Virus record (IMG/VR): IMGVR_UViG_3300032289_001637
Coordinates: 30,159-94,158 of that record
Source: a virus
Reading direction: 5' to 3' (one strand)
Length of the DNA stretch: 64,000 nucleotides
Part shown: in pieces, positions 1 through 9,951 of the stretch
Layout of the letters: every line of letters starts with the position of its first letter
How positions within the stretch are numbered: position 1 is the first letter of the stretch
Notes under the pieces: model-generated
The model's database searches: none
The model's input: the letters and a program-made list of their open reading frames with translations, nothing else
What the model was told of the DNA's origin: nothing
Program-made: the position numbers and the translations under genes

Positions 1-513
1 TACAACTACCCCACCCTCATTAACTTGAGAAAGCTTTGATAAAACTTTTGGTCTACAAGATTCACATGATGAAGTAACTTCTTTAAGAATACTTATAAGT
101 ATTTCTTGCTTTCTTTCTGTTTCTAAAAGTTCATCAGCAAGTTCCTGATTATCAAGTAACCCTGCTTTTTGTAGCATCTCAAGTCTTTTACCTTCAATAT
201 CAGCAATAAGTTTAATAGATGTAGTTTTTGCTGTTAAGTTTGCAGTAGCATCTGCAGAATCTATAACTTCATATGCTTTTTTAATTAAAGATGAGAAGTG
301 TTGGTCTGCACCAGCAAGGGCTTCTTTTGCACGAGCGTGAATTGCCTGATTATTAGCAGCCATCACTCTCCAGTCAGTAAGAAGCTCAGTAACCTTTACT
401 CTAGGAATGTCAAGTATTTTTGAGATCTCTGAAGCATCAGAGCCTTTTAGATACTCTGAAGCAACCTTGTTAACAAGGTCTAAATGGTTAACTAATGCTG
501 CTTCGCTTGACAC
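1..513 (-). CDS. Probable terminase small subunit / HTH protein (runs off window edge; not in ORF track)
   Basis: Read by hand from GTG at 513: MSSEAALVNHLDLVNKVASEYLKGSDASEISKILDIPRVKV...LEMLQKAGLLDN..., open to position 1. N-terminal HTH plus helical body. Function inferred from synteny with BE/BK-like phages. Confidence 0.55.
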   Translation of the reverse strand, partial: MSSEAALVNHLDLVNKVASEYLKGSDASEISKILDIPRVKVTELLTDWRVMAANNQAIHARAKEALAGADQHFSSLIKKAYEVIDSADATANLTAKTTSIKLIADIEGKRLEMLQKAGLLDNQELADELLETERKQEILISILKEVTSSCESCRPKVLSKLSQVNEGGVVV

Positions 514-775
514 GTTTACCTCTCTTATTTACTGCCTTTACTCTGTCAGGATAAAAAGACCTTGTTGGTCCAGAAATATCTTTAAACATTTGAAAGCAAT
601 CTATCCATTCTACACCATTTACAGGGTTTTTTACAAGACTTTTAAACTTAAAAGTAGAACCATGTTCTCCAGTGATCTTTATAAGATCTCCTTCATTTAC
701 TTCATGACCGCTTTCAGTTACCATTAAAGATTTTCTCTCAAACTTGTCATTGAATATAGTTTTCTTTTTAGCCAC
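488..775 (-). CDS. Hypothetical protein
   Basis: 95-aa ORF overlapping both neighbours in the minus-strand operon. Confidence 0.6.
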   Translation of the reverse strand: MAKKKTIFNDKFERKSLMVTESGHEVNEGDLIKITGEHGSTFKFKSLVKNPVNGVEWIDCFQMFKDISGPTRSFYPDRVKAVNKRGKRVKRSSIS

Positions 776-1103
776 GTTTTTTAGCCTTTTTTAGTAAAAG
801 ATAGCCGATTAAATCGTCTTCATCGTTATCACCTGCGTATAACTTTTTATTTTTAATTCTATTCAACTTATCATCAATACGAACATTTAACTGCTCCATA
901 TCATCTGCATCACTAAAAATACGAATTGGATTAAGAGCAGAGTTACCATAGGCTACATTCTTTTCTAAAAGCATTTCTGTAATGTCTAAGCAAGCAGCAA
1001 GAATGCTGTACCCAGCTGGTGCGGTTTTAGAAAGTTCAAAAATCTTTTTAATCTTTTCTTCGTTCTTATTTACATAAAATACTTCTGACGGATATTCAGC
1101 CAT
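768..1103 (-). CDS. Nucleotide-modification-associated (DUF1599/Nmad1-like, MazG-superfamily) protein
   Basis: Motifs LLEKNVAYGNS, RIDDKLNRI, DDLIGYLLL. Confidence 0.65.
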   Translation of the reverse strand: MAEYPSEVFYVNKNEEKIKKIFELSKTAPAGYSILAACLDITEMLLEKNVAYGNSALNPIRIFSDADDMEQLNVRIDDKLNRIKNKKLYAGDNDEDDLIGYLLLKKAKKRG

Positions 1104-1255
1104 TATTTTCTCCTGCTTTTTCTTAATCCAAATTTACCAAGATATACATAAACAGTCTCAACTGAAACACCACATTCTTTTGCAATATCTTCTGGAGATT
1201 TTTTATCCACTAAAAATCTTTTTCTTAGCCAATTTTCATTCGTGTACATTTTCAT
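1103..1255 (-). CDS. Small HTH DNA-binding protein (50 aa; not in ORF track)
   Basis: MKMYTNENWLRKRFLVDKKSPEDIAKECGVSVETVYVYLGKFGLRKSRRK; TAATG coupling to next gene; TATAAT 6 nt upstream. Confidence 0.75.
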   Translation of the reverse strand: MKMYTNENWLRKRFLVDKKSPEDIAKECGVSVETVYVYLGKFGLRKSRRK

Positions 1256-1271
1256 AGTATCATTATATCCT

Positions 1272-1865
1272 TTATAAGTCAAGCTTAGTTATCTTATTCC
1301 AGTTATTTGTTGCATACCATCCAATAGCAATTGCATCTGCAACATCATTATCATTTACATCGGTCATAAATTCTATGTTAACAAGTCTAATAGTTCTATT
1401 CTTTCTAAACTCTCTTTCCTTGCCTTTGTACCAAGAGTCTGACTTTCCAGGAGTTTGTTTTCTTAATTCAACCTTCTCTTCTTTTGTTAAAACCTTATTT
1501 CCAATCCAGTTCTGCCAAGCAACTGGTACGCAAGGGTAGATATCTTTTACGCCATTAATATATGCTGCACTAACAATAGCCCCTTGTGCAAGGGCTAACT
1601 GCATTGATGTTTTTGGAGAGTTTGCAAAAATAGTATTTTCAATTACAACTGCATCAAAATCAAAGTCTTTAAACAATGGAGTAAGTTTTTTACAAGCATC
1701 TCCAGCTTTTTTATAATGATCATTTCCAGTAAAATTAATCTTTCCAAATTTTATTAACTCATTATTTTCAAATATTGCAAAGGCAGCTGAAGTAGAAGAA
1801 GCATCTATTGAGATAAATCTTTTTGGCTTTCCAATATCTTTCCAACTACTTTTGCTCATAATCAA
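1272..1865 (-). CDS. ruvC: RuvC-like Holliday junction resolvase
   Basis: ISIDAS, VVIEN, LALAQGAI, NDVADAIAIG acidic catalytic motifs. Confidence 0.8.
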   Translation of the reverse strand: MIMSKSSWKDIGKPKRFISIDASSTSAAFAIFENNELIKFGKINFTGNDHYKKAGDACKKLTPLFKDFDFDAVVIENTIFANSPKTSMQLALAQGAIVSAAYINGVKDIYPCVPVAWQNWIGNKVLTKEEKVELRKQTPGKSDSWYKGKEREFRKNRTIRLVNIEFMTDVNDNDVADAIAIGWYATNNWNKITKLDL

Positions 1866-2139
1866 AAAATCCTTTTATGTCTTTTAAAGTTTGATCAAGT
1901 TTTCTTTTACTCATCATACATCCATTACAAAAACCAATATCGTTATAAATGCTAATTTCTATACCACACCCACCAGAACATTTTCTAGACTTAGTAGCAC
2001 GAGACTTAACCTTTGAAACCTTGTATCTTTGCATAATCTTTTCCTTTGTAGCAGTAGACCTGCAATCAGGTGAGCAATATATTTGATTTTTATTATTGCT
2101 TTGAAATTGATTATCACATAGTTTACAAAATTTACTCAA
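1846..2139 (-). CDS. Zn-finger hypothetical protein
   Basis: CxxC...YCSxxC...CxxxC...CxxC. Confidence 0.65.
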   Translation of the reverse strand: MSKFCKLCDNQFQSNNKNQIYCSPDCRSTATKEKIMQRYKVSKVKSRATKSRKCSGGCGIEISIYNDIGFCNGCMMSKRKLDQTLKDIKGFFDYEQK

Positions 2140-2929
2140 GGTCTTTCCTTGGTGCTATTTTAATATCACCCTTTGGCTTAGTGCGACATACTGTTTCGAA
2201 ATCACAACCTTTACAAACCTTTGAGTTTGAACGGTAAGGATTTTCAGGCAAAAGACCATCGTCATATGCTTTCTTTACTTCTCGCATCCAATCAAAAAAG
2301 TAGTTAATAAAGTTTTTATAATGGTCAGTTAGTTTAACTGGAAACAAAGAAAGTTCATGACTATTCTTTGATTCATAAACTAAGAATGCAAAACTCTTTT
2401 TAAGAATTTTCATGTAAATAAGAAGCTGTTCAACATGATACTTTCTAGCTTCCCCCTTTACATTTAAGTAATGAAAAGAATCTTCATTAAGTGTTTTAAT
2501 TTCAGTAAGAATATCCATTTCATTCCACTTAATAATTGCATCAGTTCTTCCAGAAATTGGAGGATCTTCGTAAGACAAACGCTCCTCATTAGTTACAAGA
2601 ATACCAGCAGACTCCATAGCTTTTTCAATACGACCATGACGATCAGTACCACTATCCATATTGGCTACCGAATACCAATCTGTTTTTACATCTGATTCAT
2701 TTCCTTCAAACCATAAGTACCAAAATCTAGGACACTTACCTGCACCATAAGTTAATGTTGATGGAGTAAAACTATCTCTTTTCTTAAAGGATGCTTTTCT
2801 TTGTAAAGCATATCCTTCTTTAATCTTGTCAACAATTGCCTGACTATCAATTAAATTTTCTTCACTCTTCTTTGGTTTTTCAACCAACTTATTAATAAGG
2901 CTTTTAGCCATTGTTAATCCTAACTGCAT
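2132..2929 (-). CDS. Cas4-like PD-(D/E)xK exonuclease (likely start 2911)
   Basis: CPR...GRTD...EIKT...QLLIY...CxxCxxxxxC (four-Cys Fe-S pattern). Confidence 0.8.
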   Translation of the reverse strand: MQLGLTMAKSLINKLVEKPKKSEENLIDSQAIVDKIKEGYALQRKASFKKRDSFTPSTLTYGAGKCPRFWYLWFEGNESDVKTDWYSVANMDSGTDRHGRIEKAMESAGILVTNEERLSYEDPPISGRTDAIIKWNEMDILTEIKTLNEDSFHYLNVKGEARKYHVEQLLIYMKILKKSFAFLVYESKNSHELSLFPVKLTDHYKNFINYFFDWMREVKKAYDDGLLPENPYRSNSKVCKGCDFETVCRTKPKGDIKIAPRKDLE

Positions 2930-3221
2930 ATTTCAATGCATCTACTAGTCTATCCGTTGCTTCTTTAGCTGAATAGTATATATTCTTCTTTGCTCTTTCA
3001 TCTTTCTTAACATTAGTATACCAGGAAGCAAGCATTGCAAATTTAGCAGAATACGCTTGTAGCTTTACAATTAGTTCAACACCAACGGCTGCAGGAACAT
3101 CTGGTTTAGAAATTAACTTAGCAACCAAAACCAAAGTCTGTGTGAGTTCATCATCCTGCATATGCTCAGATATTTCATTAAAACCATTTACTTGATTTAA
3201 TAGTTCAATCGTTGTTTCCAT
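2904..3221 (-). CDS. Helical hypothetical protein in recombination operon
   Basis: 105-aa ORF overlapping both neighbours. Confidence 0.6.
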   Translation of the reverse strand: METTIELLNQVNGFNEISEHMQDDELTQTLVLVAKLISKPDVPAAVGVELIVKLQAYSAKFAMLASWYTNVKKDERAKKNIYYSAKEATDRLVDALKYAVRINNG

Positions 3222-3504
3222 TATTCCTCAATTCTTCAAACACTTCCCATTCAATAACAGCAAGTCTAACTTTTTTATTTCCTTCACCGATAACAAGCAT
3301 CAATGCTGGATTCTTAGATCTATCAACCTTTAAAGTGTCTGTAACAATTTTTGCCCAGTTGTCTTGACTTATAGAGAATGATTTGCTATATTCTTTCACA
3401 TCAACAACAAATTCATCATCACTTCCATCAGCTTTTACTGCACCTCTACCAGAATTTTTATGAGCTTTTAAACCTGCTTTTTTAAGCTCTGCACGTTCGC
3501 TCAT
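3205..3504 (-). CDS. Hjc-like PD-(D/E)xK endonuclease/resolvase
   Basis: SERAE...NSGRG..KAD...VDVKE motif. Confidence 0.65.
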   Translation of the reverse strand: MSERAELKKAGLKAHKNSGRGAVKADGSDDEFVVDVKEYSKSFSISQDNWAKIVTDTLKVDRSKNPALMLVIGEGNKKVRLAVIEWEVFEELRNNGNND

Positions 3505-3659
3505 GATGATCCTCTTGTTAAAATAACTTGAGACATATGTCTATTTGAACAAAGCCAAGTTAGCTTCATATCTTCCCTATAAAATCTTGCAATCAAAACT
3601 AATTGCTTACATGAATGGCAAGAGAATTTTCCTCTGTACTCAGAAAAGTTTTTATACAT
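3501..3659 (-). CDS. Small Zn-ribbon protein (52 aa; not in ORF track)
   Basis: MYKNFSEYRGKFSCHSCKQ...LTWLCSNRHMSQVILTRGSS fills the gap between recA and the next gene, overlapping both. Confidence 0.7.
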   Translation of the reverse strand: MYKNFSEYRGKFSCHSCKQLVLIARFYREDMKLTWLCSNRHMSQVILTRGSS

Positions 3660-4665
3660 CTAATTTTGCTTCTAAGTCTAAGACTCTTTTAGGATCTTCT
3701 TTTAACCAATCAATAACTTTTGCTCTACCCTGCAATCGCTCTTCTCCTATGGTATACCAGGCTCCACCCTTTTGTATAGCACCAACAAGTTCTGCGGTAT
3801 CAACTAAGTCTGCAACCCTGTCTACACCCATAGATCCATCTCCATCGAAGTAGAAGTCGTAAGAACCTGCAACGAATGCTGGACCAGTCTTATTAAAATC
3901 AACGTGCCAGTTAACTACACGACCAATCTTAGACTCAATAATCTTATCTCCTGAAACTATCTTACCCTTAATTGCCTGATTGTCAGACTCACTTGACCAA
4001 AGTTTAACAATGGTACTACTAAAGAATTTAACAGCATGTCCACCAGTTGGTTGATGGGATGCAAACATTGCACCAATATTATTTCTTTGTTGAGAAATTA
4101 AAACAAGCAATGTTGGCTTATCATTATTATTTGCATAGTTAAGCATCTTTACTGCATTAGTCATGTCTCTTGCCTCTGCACCAATTTGTTTAGTATTTTC
4201 TAACTGCTTTAATTCTTCTGAATCTTTTTCAAAGTAAATAGCAGGAAGGAGTGCAGAGATAGAATCAACAATTAAAATATCTACGCCAGCTTTCATTAGC
4301 TGAACTCCAACGTCTACCATTTCATTTATACTTCTAGCATTTGAATAAATTAGTTGTTCTACATCTACCCCAAGTTTTCTTGCCCACTCTGGATCAAAAG
4401 ATGCTTCTGCATCAATCCAAGCACATATCTTTCCATCTTTTTGAGCATCAGCAATCATTTGTAAACAAAATGAAGATTTTCCTGCAGATTTATTTCCCCA
4501 AATAAGGACTTGACGACCATAACCAAACCCACCTTTTAGTGCATTGTTCAAACTAATGCTTGGAGTTTTTTGCTTAGTTATTTCAATAGTGTTTCCACTA
4601 GTTATTTTCTTACGCAACTTTGGATCTAATTGAGACAAAAACTCATCAAGGTCTATTTTACTCAT
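3652..4665 (-). CDS. recA: RecA/UvsX-like recombinase
   Basis: Walker A GNKSAGKS, WIDAE, IVDSISAL, PTGGHAVKF, GAWY. Confidence 0.92.
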   Translation of the reverse strand: MSKIDLDEFLSQLDPKLRKKITSGNTIEITKQKTPSISLNNALKGGFGYGRQVLIWGNKSAGKSSFCLQMIADAQKDGKICAWIDAEASFDPEWARKLGVDVEQLIYSNARSINEMVDVGVQLMKAGVDILIVDSISALLPAIYFEKDSEELKQLENTKQIGAEARDMTNAVKMLNYANNNDKPTLLVLISQQRNNIGAMFASHQPTGGHAVKFFSSTIVKLWSSESDNQAIKGKIVSGDKIIESKIGRVVNWHVDFNKTGPAFVAGSYDFYFDGDGSMGVDRVADLVDTAELVGAIQKGGAWYTIGEERLQGRAKVIDWLKEDPKRVLDLEAKLDV

Positions 4666-4985
4666 GCTAGTAGCCCATGCATATTTGGTCGTTCTAAATT
4701 ATATTGAGCTTTGTCCAACAAGTTTTCTTGCAATGATTCTTTTGTATATTCATCTTCTACAAGACCTGCATACAAATCTAGAGTTCTAATAATAATATCC
4801 GCCAACTCTCTAACAACAGCACGATCACCTTCGCTCTTACGAAGAGCCTCTGCTACCTCTGCCACTTCAGTTGTTATCATCATTAGCTGTTTAAGATAAA
4901 AGATTATCCCATTGTTGTCATCCCAAAATCCTTTTTGCTTTGCAGTTTTGTGCAAACTACTTGCTAATTCATCTATGTCAATCAT
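4662..4985 (-). CDS. MazG-like NTP pyrophosphohydrolase
   Basis: EVAEVAEALRK...ELADIIIR..D motif. Confidence 0.8.
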   Translation of the reverse strand: MIDIDELASSLHKTAKQKGFWDDNNGIIFYLKQLMMITTEVAEVAEALRKSEGDRAVVRELADIIIRTLDLYAGLVEDEYTKESLQENLLDKAQYNLERPNMHGLLA

Positions 4986-7900
4986 TAATTTACTTCTTTC
5001 AATGTAATAGTTCCTTCTTTTGTTTCACCAAAATTAATTTTTGCTACTTTTCCAGGCTGACATTTCATATATCCAGTAGAAAACATTGTTGGGAATACCA
5101 TTACAGCAGTCATTTCTCTTGAACTATCAGCAACAATCATGTTAGCCATTCTTTTTCCAGCCTTAGTAACTCTAGGAGTAAATGATAGCACAAAGTGTTC
5201 ATCATTTGCAAATGGTATTTGCTTATAGTTTAAAAACTTTATAAGTGGATTTTCTTTATGCTCTTTTAATTCATCAATTGGAATTGCTTCAGAAATTCTA
5301 TTTGCACCTGCAAGAATTAAATAAGTTCTTCCTGGCTCAATTTTAGTCTCTTCTTCATCAAAGATTCCAATGACTCCAGTAGAGTCCATAATTTCTACTC
5401 TTGACCAGCCCTTGCCACGCTTAATATTTTTTGCAATACCAAGTAGTACAAAGACACCCTGTTCATCAAAGTCTTCTACAAGATCTATATATGCATAGTA
5501 ATGTTGTGGGACACTTGTATTTAATTCTGGAAGATTTAGATACTCATAAAGATTATCTCTAACCTTTGCCTCATCTCTTGGATTATCTTCAAATGTTAGT
5601 GCACCAATAAGATCTAACGCTTCTACTGCTCTTGAATTTATTCCACTACCTTTTTGAATAGCAAATTTTTTAAATTGATCTTTGGATTCAAAAGGTCTTC
5701 CAGCAATGATCTTATTTGCAACACCCTCAGAAAGCCATTTTATTGCAGCAAGTCCAAATCTAATACCCTTACCTTCAATTTTAAAATCTGAATCAGACTC
5801 ATTGATATGTGGAAGCTTTAGAGACAATCCCATACGCTTAGACTCAATTAAATACTCAGTACGAGTATCACTATCCTTTTCACTTTTTAACAACGAAAAC
5901 ATAAATTCAATAGGGTAGTGGTACTTTAGCCAAGCGGTCCAATAGGACAGTGTTGAGTACGCAACAGCGTGAGACTTATTAAAAGAATAACCAGCATGTG
6001 CTTCAAAATCATGCCATAAATCTTTTGCTCTAATGCCAATATGCTTTTCTGCATTGTTAACAAACTTATCTTTAAATATGTCAAACTCTTTAGCATCTTT
6101 TTTCTTACCAATAATTTTTCGAACTTTGTCAGCTTCAACCATTGTCATTCCGCCAAGAACTACACAAGCTTGCATAACTTGTTCTTGATACAAGACACAA
6201 CCATAAGTATCTTTTAGATAATCATTCATAGAAGGATGAATATATTCAACCATCTCCCTGCCGTGCTTACGGGCAATGTATGACTTTCCAATTGTATTCA
6301 TAGCACCTGGACGAACAAGAGCATTTGATGCAACAAGTTCATCAAAGTTTCCAACTCTCATTTTAACTAAAAGATTTGTATATGGAGTTGCTTCACACTG
6401 GAAAACACCCTTTGTACGCCCCTCAGAGAGCATCTCAAAGACTTTCTTGTCATTTAGGGGTATCTGCTTTAGATTTATATCTGTTCCGTGGCGTTCTTTA
6501 ATTGTTTTAATAGTCTGATCAATTACAGTAAGAGTTTTTAGACCAAGTACGTCAAGCTTAATTAGCCCAATTTCTGCAGCCTCTTCCATGTCTACTGCAA
6601 CTACTGGAATTCTTTCTTTACTTCCTGGAGCAATTCGTGTTTCAAGTGGAGCGTACCTAAATATTGAATCTTTTGCAGTAACTACACCTGCAGCATGGAT
6701 GCCAGTACCACGAATTCTTCCACGAAGTTGCTCTCCGTATTTAACAATTTCAGGATACTTCATTCTAAACCACTGAGCATTAGTTGACCTTGTAAAGTCA
6801 TCCCAACTATCTACACCTTTAAGAACTTTATTAACATCGTTAAGAGGAATATTAAATGCTCTAGCAACATCTCTTACAACACCCTTATCTTTAAATGCCA
6901 GAAACGTAGCAATAGAAGCAACATTCTTATATTCACGCTCAAGGTATGCTTTAACTTCATCTCTTCTATCGTCTGCTATATCAGAGTCAATGTCAGGAAA
7001 ATCATCTCTATCTGGATTAATAAAACGGAAAAACAGAAGACCATATTCAATCGGATCAATTTCTGTAATTCCTAATGCATAACAAACCAAAGAACCTGCT
7101 GCTGAACCACGACCTGGACCAACCATGATTCCCTGATCTTTTGCCCAGTTAAGCATATTATGAACAACCAAAAAATATGGTGAAAAGTTTTTACTTTTAA
7201 TAACATCAAGTTCTAAGTTTAATCTATCCAAATATTCTTTATTTTCAGAAAGACCTTTTAAAACTAATCCTCTAGATGCAAGTGCAAGAAGTTCTTCATT
7301 TGGATTCTCAACTTTTATTGGAAGAAGATCTAAGTTACTTTTAATAGTATATTCTTCTATCTTGTTTGCAATCTCAACAGTATTTTCATAAATATCTTCA
7401 CGCTTAATTCCCTGCTGTTGCATTGCTGATTTTATTTCTTCATAAGAAAGCAAGTGAATATCAAAACTTCTAAAAGACATCATTCTATCTTCACCATATA
7501 AATAGTCAAGTCTTTTCATAGGGTCTTCAATTTTTGATGCCTTGTCAAAAGTTGCTTCCTTATTTAACTTAGCGTGAGTATTAAGAAGAAGCATCATTTC
7601 TTGAATTACCTTTTGACTCTTGTCAGAGTGATGGCAATCAGGAGTTACAACTGGCTTTACGTCATAAATATCAGCCATCTCAAGCAATTCTTTATTTAAT
7701 TCTGCAGAATTGTGTGGCATAACCTCTACATAAAAATCGTCACCAAAGGTTTCTTTAAACCATGTCATGTGTTTTTTTGCAGCAGCATATTCTTTATACT
7801 CAATTGCTTTTGCAAGAAGTCCACTCATACATGCTGATAAAACTATTACACCCTCTTTATACTTTGATAGAATTTCAAAATCAATTCTTGGCTTTCTATA

Positions 7901-8254
7901 ATATCCTTCAGTCCAAGCAAGTTCGTTAAGCTTATTTAAATTTTCTAATCCCTTATCATTTTTTGCAAGAAGAACAATATGGTTATAAACCATATCAAGT
8001 GGTTCAATTCTTTCAGACTTATCTCTGTTATCAAATCTATCTGCAGTAATATATCCTTCTATACCCAAAATTGGCTTAATGCCATTTGCTTTTGCAGCTC
8101 TATACATAGGTCTATGACCAGACAGAACGCCATGGTCAGTTATTGCAATTGCTGATAGTCCAATTTCAGAAGCACGTTTTGCATACTCTTCTGGAGTTGC
8201 AACACCATCCATAAGGGAGTAGTGTGTGTGAACGTGTAGTGGAACGTAAGTCAT
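4985..8254 (-). CDS. dnaE: DNA polymerase III alpha subunit
   Basis: PHP HVHTHYS/TDHG, GRGSAAGS, PDIDSD, KLDVLGL, YSFNKSH; no intein evident. Confidence 0.97.
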   Translation of the reverse strand: MTYVPLHVHTHYSLMDGVATPEEYAKRASEIGLSAIAITDHGVLSGHRPMYRAAKANGIKPILGIEGYITADRFDNRDKSERIEPLDMVYNHIVLLAKNDKGLENLNKLNELAWTEGYYRKPRIDFEILSKYKEGVIVLSACMSGLLAKAIEYKEYAAAKKHMTWFKETFGDDFYVEVMPHNSAELNKELLEMADIYDVKPVVTPDCHHSDKSQKVIQEMMLLLNTHAKLNKEATFDKASKIEDPMKRLDYLYGEDRMMSFRSFDIHLLSYEEIKSAMQQQGIKREDIYENTVEIANKIEEYTIKSNLDLLPIKVENPNEELLALASRGLVLKGLSENKEYLDRLNLELDVIKSKNFSPYFLVVHNMLNWAKDQGIMVGPGRGSAAGSLVCYALGITEIDPIEYGLLFFRFINPDRDDFPDIDSDIADDRRDEVKAYLEREYKNVASIATFLAFKDKGVVRDVARAFNIPLNDVNKVLKGVDSWDDFTRSTNAQWFRMKYPEIVKYGEQLRGRIRGTGIHAAGVVTAKDSIFRYAPLETRIAPGSKERIPVVAVDMEEAAEIGLIKLDVLGLKTLTVIDQTIKTIKERHGTDINLKQIPLNDKKVFEMLSEGRTKGVFQCEATPYTNLLVKMRVGNFDELVASNALVRPGAMNTIGKSYIARKHGREMVEYIHPSMNDYLKDTYGCVLYQEQVMQACVVLGGMTMVEADKVRKIIGKKKDAKEFDIFKDKFVNNAEKHIGIRAKDLWHDFEAHAGYSFNKSHAVAYSTLSYWTAWLKYHYPIEFMFSLLKSEKDSDTRTEYLIESKRMGLSLKLPHINESDSDFKIEGKGIRFGLAAIKWLSEGVANKIIAGRPFESKDQFKKFAIQKGSGINSRAVEALDLIGALTFEDNPRDEAKVRDNLYEYLNLPELNTSVPQHYYAYIDLVEDFDEQGVFVLLGIAKNIKRGKGWSRVEIMDSTGVIGIFDEEETKIEPGRTYLILAGANRISEAIPIDELKEHKENPLIKFLNYKQIPFANDEHFVLSFTPRVTKAGKRMANMIVADSSREMTAVMVFPTMFSTGYMKCQPGKVAKINFGETKEGTITLKEVN

Positions 8255-8275
8255 TTTAACCTTTCAGTTGTATAG

Positions 8276-8300
8276 GGTGGGGGAGTATTTCTCCCCCACC
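8276..8300. terminator. GC-rich hairpin between ssb and dnaE
   Basis: GGTGGGGGAG-tattt-CTCCCCCACC perfect 10-bp stem; no U-tract on the coding strand, so it may be an attenuator or RNA-stabilising stem. Confidence 0.55.
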
Positions 8301-8304
8301 ACTT

Positions 8305-8955
8305 TTACCAGTCTACAGAAGTAGATACAGATGGATTGTCAAAGCCAAGATAGAAAGACTCTTGTTCAGCGTAAGGAACTTCTCTTACAACTGCCTCAAG
8401 ATCTGGAACCTCATGCTTGGACCAATCAAACTTTTCTTCATCCTGCTTAATTGGAATTAGAATATAGGTTGTCTCAGTTCCCTTACCATTTCGCTTTAGC
8501 TTCCATGTCATGTTTGAAAGACTTTGAGAATCTTGAACATATTCACGAATTGTATCAAATGTTGCAGACTTTGCAACACCCATGCTCCATACAGCAATGT
8601 ATGGTTCATTAGATCCATCATCAACTAGAACATTTATGTAAAAACGAAGACGTGATCTCCAACCTGCCTTCATGTCTTTTCTGTGCATCTCACAACCAAA
8701 GCAGCGACCTTCGCTTTCAGCAGAACAAGCTGCCTTACGCTTATAGTCCTTTGGGTTTGTATGTTCAGAAACAACAATAGCTAGACCATTTTTTTCGTCA
8801 TAGCTTGGCGAGTCTCCATCAAGTTCATTTACAAAACGAACGGATACACTCTGATTATCTTCTAGTTTTAGCCACGTTACTCGTGGACCATTATTTTCAA
8901 ATTTTGGCTTATCTAGCATTGCTTCGATATTTTTTAGCCCTTTTACAATTGCCAT
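8305..8955 (-). CDS. ssDNA-binding protein (gp32-like)
   Basis: H...C...C..C Zn site, FYINVLVD, KRNGKG..T.Y motif, C-terminal W; lies between primase and polymerase. Confidence 0.75.
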   Translation of the reverse strand: MAIVKGLKNIEAMLDKPKFENNGPRVTWLKLEDNQSVSVRFVNELDGDSPSYDEKNGLAIVVSEHTNPKDYKRKAACSAESEGRCFGCEMHRKDMKAGWRSRLRFYINVLVDDGSNEPYIAVWSMGVAKSATFDTIREYVQDSQSLSNMTWKLKRNGKGTETTYILIPIKQDEEKFDWSKHEVPDLEAVVREVPYAEQESFYLGFDNPSVSTSVDW

Positions 8956-8997
8956 AATATTTCTCCTAATATTTTGTCCTATAGATGAACAGTTGTA

Positions 8998-9951
8998 CTA
9001 TTGTAACACATTTGCTATTAGATCGTCAAATTGTGAAACAAACTTTTTTAAATCTTCATCTGATAAGTCTGATACATCTTTTACTGATTCTGGAAGACTT
9101 GCATTTATTGCACTTGAACCAAGTATGTTAGATAGCTTTTTAGCCATTTCTTTTCCAGCATCATCGTTATCTCCTAAAATAATTACATTATTAAAATACT
9201 GTTTTAAAAGTTCTCTCTGCTTACCTGACACAGATGCTCCTAAAGTGGCTACAGCGTGTGCTCCTACTTGTTCTAGACGTATTGCATCAAAAGATGACTC
9301 TACAACAAATACCTTATCAAATCTTTTTGCTCTAAATAAATTAAACATTGTCTTTGCTTTTGGAAGTCCTGGAGTATTTTTAAACTCTTTACCCTCTACA
9401 GACCTACCAACAAATCCTAAGCACATGCCATCTGGAGAGTGAACTGGTATTGTAACCATGTCTTGGGATTCAGAGTATCCAAGTAGATACCTTTCAACAC
9501 TTTCCTTTTTTATTCCTCTACCAAGATAGTACTGGGCAGCCCTTTGTGAATTAAGTGCAGAAACATTTAGTCTTTTAATTAATTCATTATCAAACTCTAC
9601 AAACTCAGGCTTTTTATTAAGCTTTGATTCAAGGCTTTCAATAAAATTAATACTCTCTGATTTAGAATCAATCATTCTTGCTGATTCAAAGTATGATCTT
9701 TTTGTTACATGCATTATTACTTCAATGAGTGAATGAGATTCTTGACATCCAAAGCAGTAAAATAATCCGCTTTCTTTTGAAATTTCTGCAGCAGGAGATC
9801 TATAATTATTATGATATGGACAAAAAATTATGAAGTCAGACTCTACTTCGTATACTACATCAATTCCTGCAGCTAACAGACTTCTTCGGACTTGATCCTC
9901 TGAGTAGAAGTAGCCATTACTGGCTTGTTTTTGTCTATCCCTGATATACAC
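8998..9951 (-). CDS. dnaG: DNA primase
   Basis: CHC2 zinc finger CPYH...CFGC, TOPRIM VVESSFD and DNDDAG. Confidence 0.9.
   Translation of the reverse strand: MYIRDRQKQASNGYFYSEDQVRRSLLAAGIDVVYEVESDFIIFCPYHNNYRSPAAEISKESGLFYCFGCQESHSLIEVIMHVTKRSYFESARMIDSKSESINFIESLESKLNKKPEFVEFDNELIKRLNVSALNSQRAAQYYLGRGIKKESVERYLLGYSESQDMVTIPVHSPDGMCLGFVGRSVEGKEFKNTPGLPKAKTMFNLFRAKRFDKVFVVESSFDAIRLEQVGAHAVATLGASVSGKQRELLKQYFNNVIILGDNDDAGKEMAKKLSNILGSSAINASLPESVKDVSDLSDEDLKKFVSQFDDLIANVLQ

Noticed and set aside
2132-2929. Cas4-like gene as evidence of a CRISPR-Cas system
   Set aside because: No cas1/cas2 or array; stand-alone Cas4-like nucleases are common in phage recombination modules
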